NCBI GenBank assembly: GCA_964567625.1
Contig: CAZMNK010000003.1
Location: 10,781 to 74,780 of the forward strand
Source of the DNA: an uncultured Enterobacterales bacterium
GTDB lineage: Bacteria; Myxococcota_A; UBA796; CAJQPC01
Reading direction: 5' to 3'
Length of the DNA stretch: 64,000 nucleotides
The notes beneath the pieces were generated by a model, which had not been told where the DNA came from, did no database searches, and was given only the letters and a program-made list of their open reading frames with translations. The position numbers and the translations under genes are program-made. Positions 17,451-27,539 of this stretch are shown piece after piece (the first letter of the stretch is position 1; each line of letters begins with the position of its first letter).

Positions 17451-17607
17451 CGGGTCATTTCCCCGAAAGTGGGGCAACCCTGCCCCGCCTAAATACAGGA
17501 AACCACCGCCCCAAACAAGACCTGGTTGAGTCCACGGAAACCACCCGCAGGATCTTGACGCATTCTGGACAAAGGCGAACGGATCCCTGACACCGGGAAA
17601 TGACCCG
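17451..17607. repeat. Pair of perfect 13-bp inverted repeats in the mdh-lipoprotein intergenic region
   Basis: CGGGTCATTTCCC at 17451..17463 is the exact reverse complement of GGGAAATGACCCG at 17595..17607. The first arm overlaps a 9-bp-stem hairpin (17431..17439 pairs with 17448..17456). Confidence 0.6.
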
Positions 17608-17642
17608 GATTCAGCCTATAGTCCTGATTAAACCGACGTTAT

Positions 17643-18626
17643 TCAGCCCAGAAGGTCTGCAACGGCGGAACGCTCGGTCATGAGCTCATCGGCAGAAGCT
17701 GCGATCTTCTCCTGGGCCCAGGCTCCGTGTTCGATGCCCTGGACAATCGTGGCCCTGCGATCCGAGCAAGTCACGGGGAAGGAGTAGATCAGCCCCTCGG
17801 GCACCCCGTAGGAGCCATCGGACGGAATCCCCATCGAGGACCACTCTCCGGGCGCCGTTCCATGCCACAGAGTCTTCATATGGTCCAGGGCAGCAGATGC
17901 CGCAGATGCCGCCGAACTGGCGCCACGGGCCTGGATGATGGCCGAACCGCGCTTGGTCACCGTCTGGAAGAAGGTGCCCTTCAGCCAATCCTCGTCACCA
18001 ATCACCTCGGCTGCAGGCTGGCCTCCGATGGTGGCGTGCAGGAAGTCCGGGAACATCGTCGGAGAGTGGTTGCCCCAGATGGCCAGGTTCTGAACCCGGT
18101 CCGTGCTGACGCCCGCCCGAAGGGCCAACTGGCCCTTGCCCCGGTTCTGGTCCAGGCGAGTCATGGCGTGGAAACGCTCCGCTGGAACATCGGGAGCCGA
18201 GTGCCGGCAGATGAGGGCATTGGTGTTGCAGGGATTGCCCACGACCAGGACCTGGATGTCCGGGGCCGCCACACTGTTGATCGCATTGCCCTGGCCCACA
18301 AAGATGGGGCCATTGGCCTGGATGAGGTCCGCCCGCACCATCCCGGCCTTCCGGGGCATGGCTCCAATCAGGAAACCCTGGTTGGCCCCGTCAAAGGCCT
18401 TGCGGGGATCGTCGCTGATCTCGATGCCCGCCACCAGCGGGAAGGCACCGTCCACCAACTCCATCACCACCCCTTCCAGGGCGCCGAGGGCCGGCGTGAT
18501 TTCCAGCAACTGAAGGATGACTGGCTGGTCCTCCCCATAGCAGAAGCCGGAGGCCAGACGGAACAGGAGGGCGTAGCCGATGTTGCCGGCAGCGCCGGTC
18601 ACGGTGACACGAATGGGTGCGCGCAT
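17643..18626 (-). CDS. mdh: Malate dehydrogenase (NAD-dependent, LDH-like family)
   Basis: [27 protein letters not shown]...[12 protein letters not shown]...[12 protein letters not shown]...[12 protein letters not shown] are MDH hallmarks. The true start is ATG 18626. The track ORF to 18887 is over-extended. Confidence 0.9.
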   Translation of the reverse strand: MRAPIRVTVTGAAGNIGYALLFRLASGFCYGEDQPVILQLLEITPALGALEGVVMELVDGAFPLVAGIEISDDPRKAFDGANQGFLIGAMPRKAGMVRADLIQANGPIFVGQGNAINSVAAPDIQVLVVGNPCNTNALICRHSAPDVPAERFHAMTRLDQNRGKGQLALRAGVSTDRVQNLAIWGNHSPTMFPDFLHATIGGQPAAEVIGDEDWLKGTFFQTVTKRGSAIIQARGASSAASAASAALDHMKTLWHGTAPGEWSSMGIPSDGSYGVPEGLIYSFPVTCSDRRATIVQGIEHGAWAQEKIAASADELMTERSAVADLLG

Positions 18627-18745
18627 GGGAATCCTGGGAGTCTCGGAGGGTCGCCGGACTAACGCCGGGATCTGGGCGTGTCGATATCGCCCCGAGTCAA
18701 CGCCGGGTGGGATAGTGCGGAACCGCCTCCGCCGGATACCCACGC

Positions 18746-19873
18746 ATGTCCTTGATGCTCCTGCTTGCCCCTGCCCTGGCCCAGGACTGCGATGCCCGGG
18801 CCCTCGAAAAGACCCTGAAGGCCTCGACCCAGGCTGACACGGCCACAGCGTTTTCGGCATTGGCCGCCTGTGATGCTGCCCGGGCAAGGAAGAACGCCGC
18901 CACCGCCTTTGCGAAAATTCTCACTGGTGAAGAAGCCAACCGCGCTGTCATCGATGCCATCGAGGTGGACGCCGGAGACACGGCCCAACAGTGGATCGGT
19001 GGGCTCCAGTCCGACGAGCGCAGCAGCGCCATTGCCGCCCTGGGCCAGGCATGCTCCGAGTCCGAGGCGGTCGCAGGGTGGCTGGTCGAGACCCACGAGA
19101 CCCTGGGCGACACCTTCTGGTCCCAGCGCTGGTACCGGTCCCTCGCGGAGTGCCGAGACCAGGGCATTCAGGCCTTGCTGACCCAGGAAATCGACAACCC
19201 ATCCAACGACCGGGCACGCTTCAATGGCGCCCTCGAGGTCTATGCCCGCAACCTGGGCATCACCGCGATTCCACGCCTCGGAGCCCTGGCCACGGAACTC
19301 CAGGACCCCCAGGAAGTGGGCCTGGTCATCAATTCCTTTGGGGATGCCGCAGGGCTCGGAAGCCTGGAAGGCGCCAGTCCCGAGGCAAAGGCGCTGGCCG
19401 TTGAAACCCTGGTCACCATCTCTCCGGACCTGCCCGAAAAAATCGTCGACCAGGTCCGAACGGTTCTCATTGCCCTGGGGGCCATGGAAGCCTCGGACCA
19501 CCTGGCCGGGGTCCGACACGACGCCCTCCGTCAGGCGGACGGGAACCTTCACTACGGCCTGGTGGCAGTGGCCACATACCAGTGCAAGAAGGGCCTGACC
19601 CTCAACATTCACACCGGCCAGGTGATCCAGCCCGGGACCCTGTGGCCCGATCAACTCGAGGCTCCTCTCCGGACCGCCATCCAGCAGGAGTGGGACATTG
19701 CACCGGCCAAGAAGTGCACCGTGGCCAGCGAGTTGGAGATCATCATGACCCGCGCACCGATTCCGGATTCCGCCGCCCTCAACGACTTCCACACGACGAC
19801 CCTGGAGGATCTCGCCGACCGGGAATTCTCCAAGCAATCCACAATCGTCCACGAGGGACTTCTGCTGCCCTGA
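18746..19873 (+). CDS. Secreted hypothetical protein (helical-repeat N-terminal half)
   Basis: Short signal-like N-terminus [14 protein letters not shown] and an ordinary composition with GC3 bias. The competing antisense ORF 18659..19909 has an artefact-like Gly/Arg/Leu composition. Confidence 0.55.
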   Translation: MSLMLLLAPALAQDCDARALEKTLKASTQADTATAFSALAACDAARARKNAATAFAKILTGEEANRAVIDAIEVDAGDTAQQWIGGLQSDERSSAIAALGQACSESEAVAGWLVETHETLGDTFWSQRWYRSLAECRDQGIQALLTQEIDNPSNDRARFNGALEVYARNLGITAIPRLGALATELQDPQEVGLVINSFGDAAGLGSLEGASPEAKALAVETLVTISPDLPEKIVDQVRTVLIALGAMEASDHLAGVRHDALRQADGNLHYGLVAVATYQCKKGLTLNIHTGQVIQPGTLWPDQLEAPLRTAIQQEWDIAPAKKCTVASELEIIMTRAPIPDSAALNDFHTTTLEDLADREFSKQSTIVHEGLLLP

Positions 19874-19957
19874 GCCCCTCCTCGCAGACATCTCTGCCAA
19901 CGAATGCAAACCGCCCTAAAGTGGGCCCTGTCTCGTCCGTTGCGAGAACGGAGGACC

Positions 19958-21658
19958 ATGCCTGGTCACCTGCTGGTCATCGAGGACAACTCGGCGGATC
20001 AACGCCTGATCGCCGAGGTGCTCCGCGCCCAGGGGCACACCATGGAAATCGCCTCCACCATTCAGGAGGGGTTCCAACAACTGACCCGGGACGACTTCGA
20101 CCTGATCCTGACCGCCCTGAATCTCCAGGACGACGGCGGTCTCGAGTTCCTGAACCAGCTTCGAGTGCGGGCCCACACCACCGAGGTGATCGTCCTCACC
20201 CGCCACTGGGAGCCCGACCTGGCCGTCAGGGCCTTCCGGCTCGGGGTGTTCGATGTGGTGAAAAAGGGCGATGTCATCCAGGAGGATGGAGAGTGTGCCC
20301 TGACCCTCCTGGTCGACGAGGCGATCCAACGCCGCCAGGTGCGGCGCTCCCGGGCCCTCTACGAGGCCAGCCAGCTCATCCTGGAGACGGCCACGCCTGA
20401 AATGCTGCCCCAGGTCGTTGTCGAGGTCGGCATGCGGGTGATGCAGGCCGATGATGCCTCGCTGATGCTCCCCGGGCCCGAGGGCAAGCTCGTGGTCGCC
20501 TACTCCCACACCCTTTCCCCCGAGGTGCGCAGCAAGGTCGTCATCGGACTGGGGGAGAGTGTCGCGGGCCGGGTCGCCCTCGACGGTCGACCAGCGGTCT
20601 TTTCCGAGGACTTGAGCCAGGACCCTCGCTTCCAGGACAAGGTCGGTTCCCACCGGGTTCGCTCAAGCATCGTCTACCCGCTCTTCTCTGGAGACCGATT
20701 GGTGGGTGTGCTCAATCTGAACCGCATCGCGACGGAAACGCCTTTCCGGCGCAGCGACACCGAAGTCGCCGCAGTCCTTGCCTCCCAGGCCGTGCTGGCC
20801 CTGGAGAACGCTCGCCTGGTGAGAGAACTCCGAGGACGCATCGATGACCTCGAGGACACCCAGGCTCGCCTGGTCTCCTCGGAACGTCTCGCAGCCATCG
20901 GGCAGCTCGCCGCCGGCGTGGCCCACGAGGTCACCAACCCCATCGCCTGGGTGGTGGCAAATCTGAACCACGTCAGCGAGGGGCTGGCCGTCCTCAAGCG
21001 GCTCGGCCCGCTCCTGGACCAGGACCCCTTCCGCCCGCTCCTGGCCGACTGGGAACCGGGCACCAGCGGGAAGGACCTCATGCAGGAACTCGACCTGGCC
21101 GTCCAGGATGCGACCGAAGGCGCCCTGCGAATCCGGGACATCGCCCAGGACCTGAGAGTGCTCAGTCGTACCCGCCATGGCCAGGGGTACCACTTTGACC
21201 TGAACGACGCCGTCAACTCGGCGATTCGAGTCTCCGGGCCCTTGCTGAAGCCCCAGAACATCAAGCTCGTCAGTGCCCTGGGCGGAAAGTTGCCTGTACT
21301 GGGAAACCCCGGGCAGGTCTGCCAGGTGTTCTTGAACCTGATCGCGAATGCCACCCAGGCCACGGGAACCCGCTGCATCGATGTCCGGACCGAGCGCGAG
21401 GGAAAGAAAGCCATCGTCACCGTGACCGACGACGGTGGCGGGATCGATCCCCAGGTGCTGCCCCACATCTTCGAGCCCTTCTTCACCACCAAGCCGCCCG
21501 AGAGCGGAACCGGTCTGGGCCTGGCCATCTCCCGGGAGATCGTGATCCTCCAGGGCGGTGAGTTGACGGTCACGCACACCAACGCCAGCGGTACTTGCTT
21601 CCAGGTGGCGCTTCCCATGGACACGCCGGCCGTCAACGCTTCGAGCGAAGCAGGTTGA
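19958..21658 (+). CDS. Hybrid signalling protein: receiver-like domain (Ala at the phospho-acceptor position), GAF, HisKA and HATPase_c
   Basis: GGAGGA upstream of ATG 19958. REC fold: LLVIEDN...DLILTALNLQDDGG...VIVLTRH...VVKKG. GAF-like middle region. H-box AAGVAHEVTNPIAW. N-box VFLNLIANATQA. G-boxes DDGGGI and GTGLGLAIS. Confidence 0.85.
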   Translation: MPGHLLVIEDNSADQRLIAEVLRAQGHTMEIASTIQEGFQQLTRDDFDLILTALNLQDDGGLEFLNQLRVRAHTTEVIVLTRHWEPDLAVRAFRLGVFDVVKKGDVIQEDGECALTLLVDEAIQRRQVRRSRALYEASQLILETATPEMLPQVVVEVGMRVMQADDASLMLPGPEGKLVVAYSHTLSPEVRSKVVIGLGESVAGRVALDGRPAVFSEDLSQDPRFQDKVGSHRVRSSIVYPLFSGDRLVGVLNLNRIATETPFRRSDTEVAAVLASQAVLALENARLVRELRGRIDDLEDTQARLVSSERLAAIGQLAAGVAHEVTNPIAWVVANLNHVSEGLAVLKRLGPLLDQDPFRPLLADWEPGTSGKDLMQELDLAVQDATEGALRIRDIAQDLRVLSRTRHGQGYHFDLNDAVNSAIRVSGPLLKPQNIKLVSALGGKLPVLGNPGQVCQVFLNLIANATQATGTRCIDVRTEREGKKAIVTVTDDGGGIDPQVLPHIFEPFFTTKPPESGTGLGLAISREIVILQGGELTVTHTNASGTCFQVALPMDTPAVNASSEAG

Positions 21659-21704
21659 CGGACCCCTGGCGTTCGCCTTAGCCGGCGTACACAGGGAGAC
21701 CGTC

Positions 21705-22703
21705 ATGACGCAACTGGACTGGAAGGACATCCTCTCTCGAGGCCTCCGGGCCGAGGGCATCACCCTCGACGAGGCCAACGCCATCGCCGCGCTGGAGGAT
21801 GGCCCCGAATTCGAACAGCTTCTGGAAGTGGCCGACGCCCTGCGCCAGGCCTTCAAGGGGAACTACGTCAACACCTGTGGCATCACAAATGCCAAGAGCG
21901 GTCGCTGCCCGGAGAAGTGCTCCTTCTGCAGCCAATCCGCCCACTTCGAAACGGAAGCGCCGTCCTGGGGCCTCAAGGACACCGACACCATCGCCGCCGA
22001 GGCCCGTGAGGCTGCAGCCAACGGCGTCCGGGAGTTTTCCATCGTCGCCTCCGGTCGGGCGATGACCAGCCGCACGGAACTGGACAGCCTCAAGGACACC
22101 TTTCGCCGAATTCGCCAGGAGACGGGATTGCAGACCTGTGCAAGCCTCGGTCTCATGACGCGAGAGGCCCTGGCCGAGCTCCAGGAGGCCGGCATGGAGT
22201 CCTTCCACCACAACCTGGAGACCGCCCGCAGCTACCACCACGAGATCGTGGAGACCCACAGCTACGACGAGGAAGTGGAGAGCATCCGGGCTGCCAAGGA
22301 CCTGGGCATGTATGTCTGCTGCGGCGGCATTTTTGGAATGGGGGAGTCCTGGGCACAGCGGATCGAATTGGCGACGGACCTTCGAGCCCTTGACGTGGAC
22401 TCGGTCCCGATCAACTTCCTCAACCCCCGGCCCGGAACGCCCCTGGCCGACCGCCACGACCTGACGCCCGTGGAATGCCTCAAGATCATCGCCATGCTCC
22501 GCCTGATGATGCCTGCCAAGGACCTGATCGTCTGTGGGGGGCGGGAGGTCAACCTCCAGGATCGGCAACCGGAGATCTTCCGGGCTGGCGCCAATGGCCT
22601 GATGCTTGGCGACTACCTGACGACGGCCGGACGCGACACCTGCACCGACCGAGACATGCTGACTGCCCAGGGTCTGGAGATCCGACCCGCGCCCCATGCC
22701 TGA
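21705..22703 (+). CDS. bioB: Biotin synthase (radical SAM)
   Basis: NAKSGRCPEKCSFCSQS (CxxxCxxC), plus IVASGRAM, SYHHNLETA-like HHNLETA and YLTT motifs. 332 aa. Confidence 0.9.
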   Translation: MTQLDWKDILSRGLRAEGITLDEANAIAALEDGPEFEQLLEVADALRQAFKGNYVNTCGITNAKSGRCPEKCSFCSQSAHFETEAPSWGLKDTDTIAAEAREAAANGVREFSIVASGRAMTSRTELDSLKDTFRRIRQETGLQTCASLGLMTREALAELQEAGMESFHHNLETARSYHHEIVETHSYDEEVESIRAAKDLGMYVCCGGIFGMGESWAQRIELATDLRALDVDSVPINFLNPRPGTPLADRHDLTPVECLKIIAMLRLMMPAKDLIVCGGREVNLQDRQPEIFRAGANGLMLGDYLTTAGRDTCTDRDMLTAQGLEIRPAPHA

Positions 22704-23796
22704 CGGACCCGTCGCCCGGCTCGCCTCGCGAGCACGGGCTGTCCAGGAGGCGGGTCTCCGCCGGCAATTGAGGCCCCTCACTGTCACCGGTCCCGTCACG
22801 GCCCGGGACGACCACCGGGAGATCCTGGTGATGTCCTCCAATGACTACCTGGGGCTTGCCCAGCATCCGGAGGTCCAGGCCGCCTGGCGGGGCGGAGGAA
22901 GCGGCTCTTCCCGTCTGATCGCTGGCTCCAGGCCAGCCCACCGCGCCCTGGAAGACCACCTGGAGGATCAGTACGGTCATCCTGCCCTGGTCTTTTCCAG
23001 TGGGTACCAGGCAAACCTGGCCGTGCTCACAACCCTCTTTGAGGCCCAGGACACCGTGGCGTCGGATGCCCTGAACCACGCCTCGATCATCGATGGCCTT
23101 CGACTGGGAAAAGCGAACCGAACCATCGTTCCTCACGGCACCCTGCCGGAACCAGGTACCTCCGGCGGCGTGGTCGAGGGCCTCTACTCGATGGACGGGG
23201 ACACGGTGGACCTGGTTGGCTGGCGGTCAAGGGTGCAGGGACTGGTTGTCGACGAAGCCCACGCGGTCGGCACTCTCGGCCCCGGAGGTCGGGGAGTGTC
23301 CCTGGCACAGGGGATCGAGGCCGATGTGATCGTCGGAACCTTCGGCAAGGCCTATGGCGCTGCGGGGGCCTTCGTGGTGGCCCCCCCCTCCTTCAAGGAG
23401 CTTCTGATTTCCCTGGGGCGCTCCTTTGTCTACACCACCGCCCTGGCCGAACCCGCGGCCCATGCGGCACTGGCAGGCCTCCGGCTCGCCACCGACGAGA
23501 GAAGACAGACCCTCCAGGCGGCAGTGATGCGATTTCGCGCCGGGCTGGAGGACCTGGGACTGCAGGGCCTCGGAGAAGCCCACATCGTTCCCGTGGTGCT
23601 CGGCCCACGAACCATGGCCGTGGCCCAGGCCATGTTCGAGCGAGGGGTCTATGTGCCCGGTATTCGCTGGCCAACGGTTCCCCGGGGAAGGGAAAGACTC
23701 CGATTCACGCTGTCCGCGGCCCACACGCCCGACCACCTGGACCGAGCCCTCGATGCACTACAGGCCGCCCTGAACGCCTGCCCGGACCCGGGGTAA
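22696..23796 (+). CDS. bioF: 8-amino-7-oxononanoate synthase
   Basis: SNDYLGL...SGYQANLAV...DALNHASIIDG...DEAHAVG...GTFGKAYG (PLP lysine). There is an 8-nt overlap with bioB. Confidence 0.85.
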   Translation: MPDGPVARLASRARAVQEAGLRRQLRPLTVTGPVTARDDHREILVMSSNDYLGLAQHPEVQAAWRGGGSGSSRLIAGSRPAHRALEDHLEDQYGHPALVFSSGYQANLAVLTTLFEAQDTVASDALNHASIIDGLRLGKANRTIVPHGTLPEPGTSGGVVEGLYSMDGDTVDLVGWRSRVQGLVVDEAHAVGTLGPGGRGVSLAQGIEADVIVGTFGKAYGAAGAFVVAPPSFKELLISLGRSFVYTTALAEPAAHAALAGLRLATDERRQTLQAAVMRFRAGLEDLGLQGLGEAHIVPVVLGPRTMAVAQAMFERGVYVPGIRWPTVPRGRERLRFTLSAAHTPDHLDRALDALQAALNACPDPG

Positions 23797-23805
23797 GCTG
23801 GCCCG

Positions 23806-24570
23806 GTGAACTGGATGCTGCTTTGGTGGTGGGGGTGTGCCGGAGGCTCGGGGCTCCGGGCACTTCCAGCGAGCGAGGCCGTGCTCGGCTGGCGCCTGGT
23901 GCCGGGACAGCAGCTTCGCTACCGCCTCACAACGACCTGGGAGGCTGCCGACCAGGAGCGCATGCGGGTGGAAGAGTGGACCTACGAGGTCACCCAGGTC
24001 GACAACCGGGGCCAGGCCCTCCTGGTGGGCCAGCTCTCGGCCTTTGGGGTCGCCCTGGACACCCAGGGTCGGGCTGTCGCGGAGAGCCGCTACAGTCGGG
24101 CCCGGCAGGCCGAGAGGGATCGGCGTTCCTCCGAGCCCGTCACCCTGACCCTGAGCATGGATGGTCGACTGGTGGAGTTGGTGGCGGGCTCCTGGTCCGA
24201 TGCCTTGCCTCACCGGCTTCTCGGCCTGCGACTGCCCGAATTCGGGGTGAGTCCGGGAGACGACTGGCCGGACCCGACCCTTGCCCGGCCCTTTGCCGAT
24301 CTCTGGCCCCCCTCGGTGGACCTGGAAGTAAACGGACGGCATGGCCTGGAGGGCCTCTACCGACTGGGAGGTGCCCCGATGGCCAAGGTCCTGAGCCAGG
24401 GGGCTGCCGGGCCCGGCAGCGGGGACCTTTCCCCCATCGCCCTCGAGGGCGAGGCCTGGTGGAACCTCCGACAGGGACGACTGCACGCCCGTGAACTCCA
24501 GGCCCAGTGGGAGACCTCGGCGTCCCGGGGCCCTGGAGACCTGCAACTCAGCCTGGAGGCCCTGGACTGA
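23806..24570 (+). CDS. Putative lipoprotein, function unknown
   Basis: (V/M)NWMLLWWWGCAGGSG has a lipobox-like WWGC. GTG start at 23806, with an alternative ATG at 23815. Confidence 0.5.
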   Translation: MNWMLLWWWGCAGGSGLRALPASEAVLGWRLVPGQQLRYRLTTTWEAADQERMRVEEWTYEVTQVDNRGQALLVGQLSAFGVALDTQGRAVAESRYSRARQAERDRRSSEPVTLTLSMDGRLVELVAGSWSDALPHRLLGLRLPEFGVSPGDDWPDPTLARPFADLWPPSVDLEVNGRHGLEGLYRLGGAPMAKVLSQGAAGPGSGDLSPIALEGEAWWNLRQGRLHARELQAQWETSASRGPGDLQLSLEALD

Positions 24571-24578
24571 CTTGCGCT

Positions 24579-26039
<1,461 letters not shown>

Positions 26040-26165
26040 CGAAGAAACGGACCGTTGCTGAAGGTATGCCACGCCCGGTGGGGCCATGCCATCAGACAAG
26101 GGTGAAGCCTTGCATCAAGCTCACCGAAACACACGCCGTCATGACCGGCGAGTCCAGGCCTTCCG

Positions 26166-27539
26166 TCAGCCGCCATACCCACTGGCCGCCAGTTCCGAAC
26201 CCACCCGCAGGAAGACCGGGAATTCCGAGAGCGGGACCTGCAAGGTCTCCGTCGTCCCGCCTTCATAGACCTGCTCCTGGTCGAACAGGTCGATCCAGTC
26301 GTCGCCGTCGGGGAAGCGCACGGTCCAGTTGTTCGAAGCCTCCAGAATGGGCGCGACGAAGACATCCGGACCCAGGAGGTAGGTGTAGTCGGCCTTGCTG
26401 ACGAATTGCACCAGGCTCTCGCCCGCCTCAAAGGCAATGGCTCCCTGGGTCGTCAGGTAGGGGATGAGCTCGTGGTGCAGCTCTACGAAGTGCTTGTAGA
26501 TCGCCAGCGTTTCCTCGTCGCCAACGATCCAGGGTTCGTGGTTTCCCCCCCCTCCGTTCTCCATGACCGGGCTGAAGGCCCCCAGCTGTGCCCAGCGGGT
26601 GAAGAGTTCCGGTCCACGACCTGCCGGGTATTCGCTGTCCTCTCGATAGCCCCCGATGTCCGATCCAAAGGTCACGTAGCCGTAGTCACTGGACCAGTAG
26701 AAGTTCCGCAGGGCTGCCTGCAGCCCGTCGAAGGTCGCGTCCTGATCGCCCACCCATGAACCCCAGGCAATCTCCTTCGGGGTGAAGGCCACCAGGTCCC
26801 CACCCAGGTCCCCCCCATAGTTGTCCACCGGGCGAGAGCTGATCAGGCGGTCGTCCCCCAGTCGCTCTCGGGTGTAGTCATGAAAGTCCTGGTAGTAGGC
26901 GTGGCTGTACTCCAGCCGCTCCACGTCCCGGCCCAGTCCCGGCGAAAAAGGCGCGAAGACCGCAGAGTAATCCAGGCCATCGCATTTCCAGCCATCGATT
27001 CCCATGTCCAGCACCGGATCCATGAGCCCGTGCCACCATTCCACGGCCTCGGGGTTCCAGTAGTCCAGCAGCGACCCCTCACCCTTCCACCAGTCGAGGA
27101 CCTTTGGCTCGGTCTCGTCGGCACTCGCCCGCATGAACCAGTCCTGATCCGCGGCATGGGCGTAGAGCGCTTCCTCGTCGACATTGATCGCAGGCACGAT
27201 CCACAAGAGGACTCGAACACCCTGTTCGTGAAGCGCATCGATCATGCCCACCGGGTCCGGGAAGCGTTCCGGATCCCACTCAAAGGTGTTGTACCCGGTG
27301 GCCCAGGGGGAATCGATGATGATCGCGCCCACCGGGATGGCCCGCTCCTGGTAGCCCTGCACAAGAGCCAGGGCGGATTCCTGGGTGCTCTCGTCCTCCC
27401 ACACCCAGTGCTGGAAGGTCCAGTCGGGCCAGGGTGCTTCAGGGGGGTCGACGGCGGTATCGTCGACGACCTGGCCGGTACAGGAGAGGAGAAGAAGGCT
27501 CAGCATGAAAACCGGTCTATCAAGAAGACCCACTGGCAT
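26166..27539 (-). CDS. Glycoside hydrolase family 31 lipoprotein (alpha-glucosidase/alpha-xylosidase type)
   Basis: MPVGLLDRPVFMLSLLLLSCTG has a lipobox. GIDGWKCDGLD resembles the GH31 nucleophile region (compare the YicI-type VDCFKTDFGE), and WVGDQDATFDGLQ resembles the acid/base region. The track ORF to 27719 is over-extended. Confidence 0.75.
   Translation of the reverse strand: MPVGLLDRPVFMLSLLLLSCTGQVVDDTAVDPPEAPWPDWTFQHWVWEDESTQESALALVQGYQERAIPVGAIIIDSPWATGYNTFEWDPERFPDPVGMIDALHEQGVRVLLWIVPAINVDEEALYAHAADQDWFMRASADETEPKVLDWWKGEGSLLDYWNPEAVEWWHGLMDPVLDMGIDGWKCDGLDYSAVFAPFSPGLGRDVERLEYSHAYYQDFHDYTRERLGDDRLISSRPVDNYGGDLGGDLVAFTPKEIAWGSWVGDQDATFDGLQAALRNFYWSSDYGYVTFGSDIGGYREDSEYPAGRGPELFTRWAQLGAFSPVMENGGGGNHEPWIVGDEETLAIYKHFVELHHELIPYLTTQGAIAFEAGESLVQFVSKADYTYLLGPDVFVAPILEASNNWTVRFPDGDDWIDLFDQEQVYEGGTTETLQVPLSEFPVFLRVGSELAASGYGG

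Noticed and set aside
17524-17533. tRNA T-arm-like string GGTTGAGTCC in the 17.4-17.6 kb spacer
   Set aside because: The flanking bases cannot form a T-stem (CCTGG versus CACGG). No acceptor or anticodon arms can be drawn, so this is not a tRNA.
17643-18887. N-terminal extensions of mdh (414 aa), recB (1393 aa), recD (711 aa), GH31 (517 aa) and the IPT lipoprotein (306 aa) as given by longest-ORF logic
   Set aside because: The extensions are Arg/Pro/Gly-rich with no homology logic. Internal ATGs give canonical N-termini (for example [17 protein letters not shown] for MDH, or lipobox signal peptides), with RBS-like sequences or ATGA coupling.
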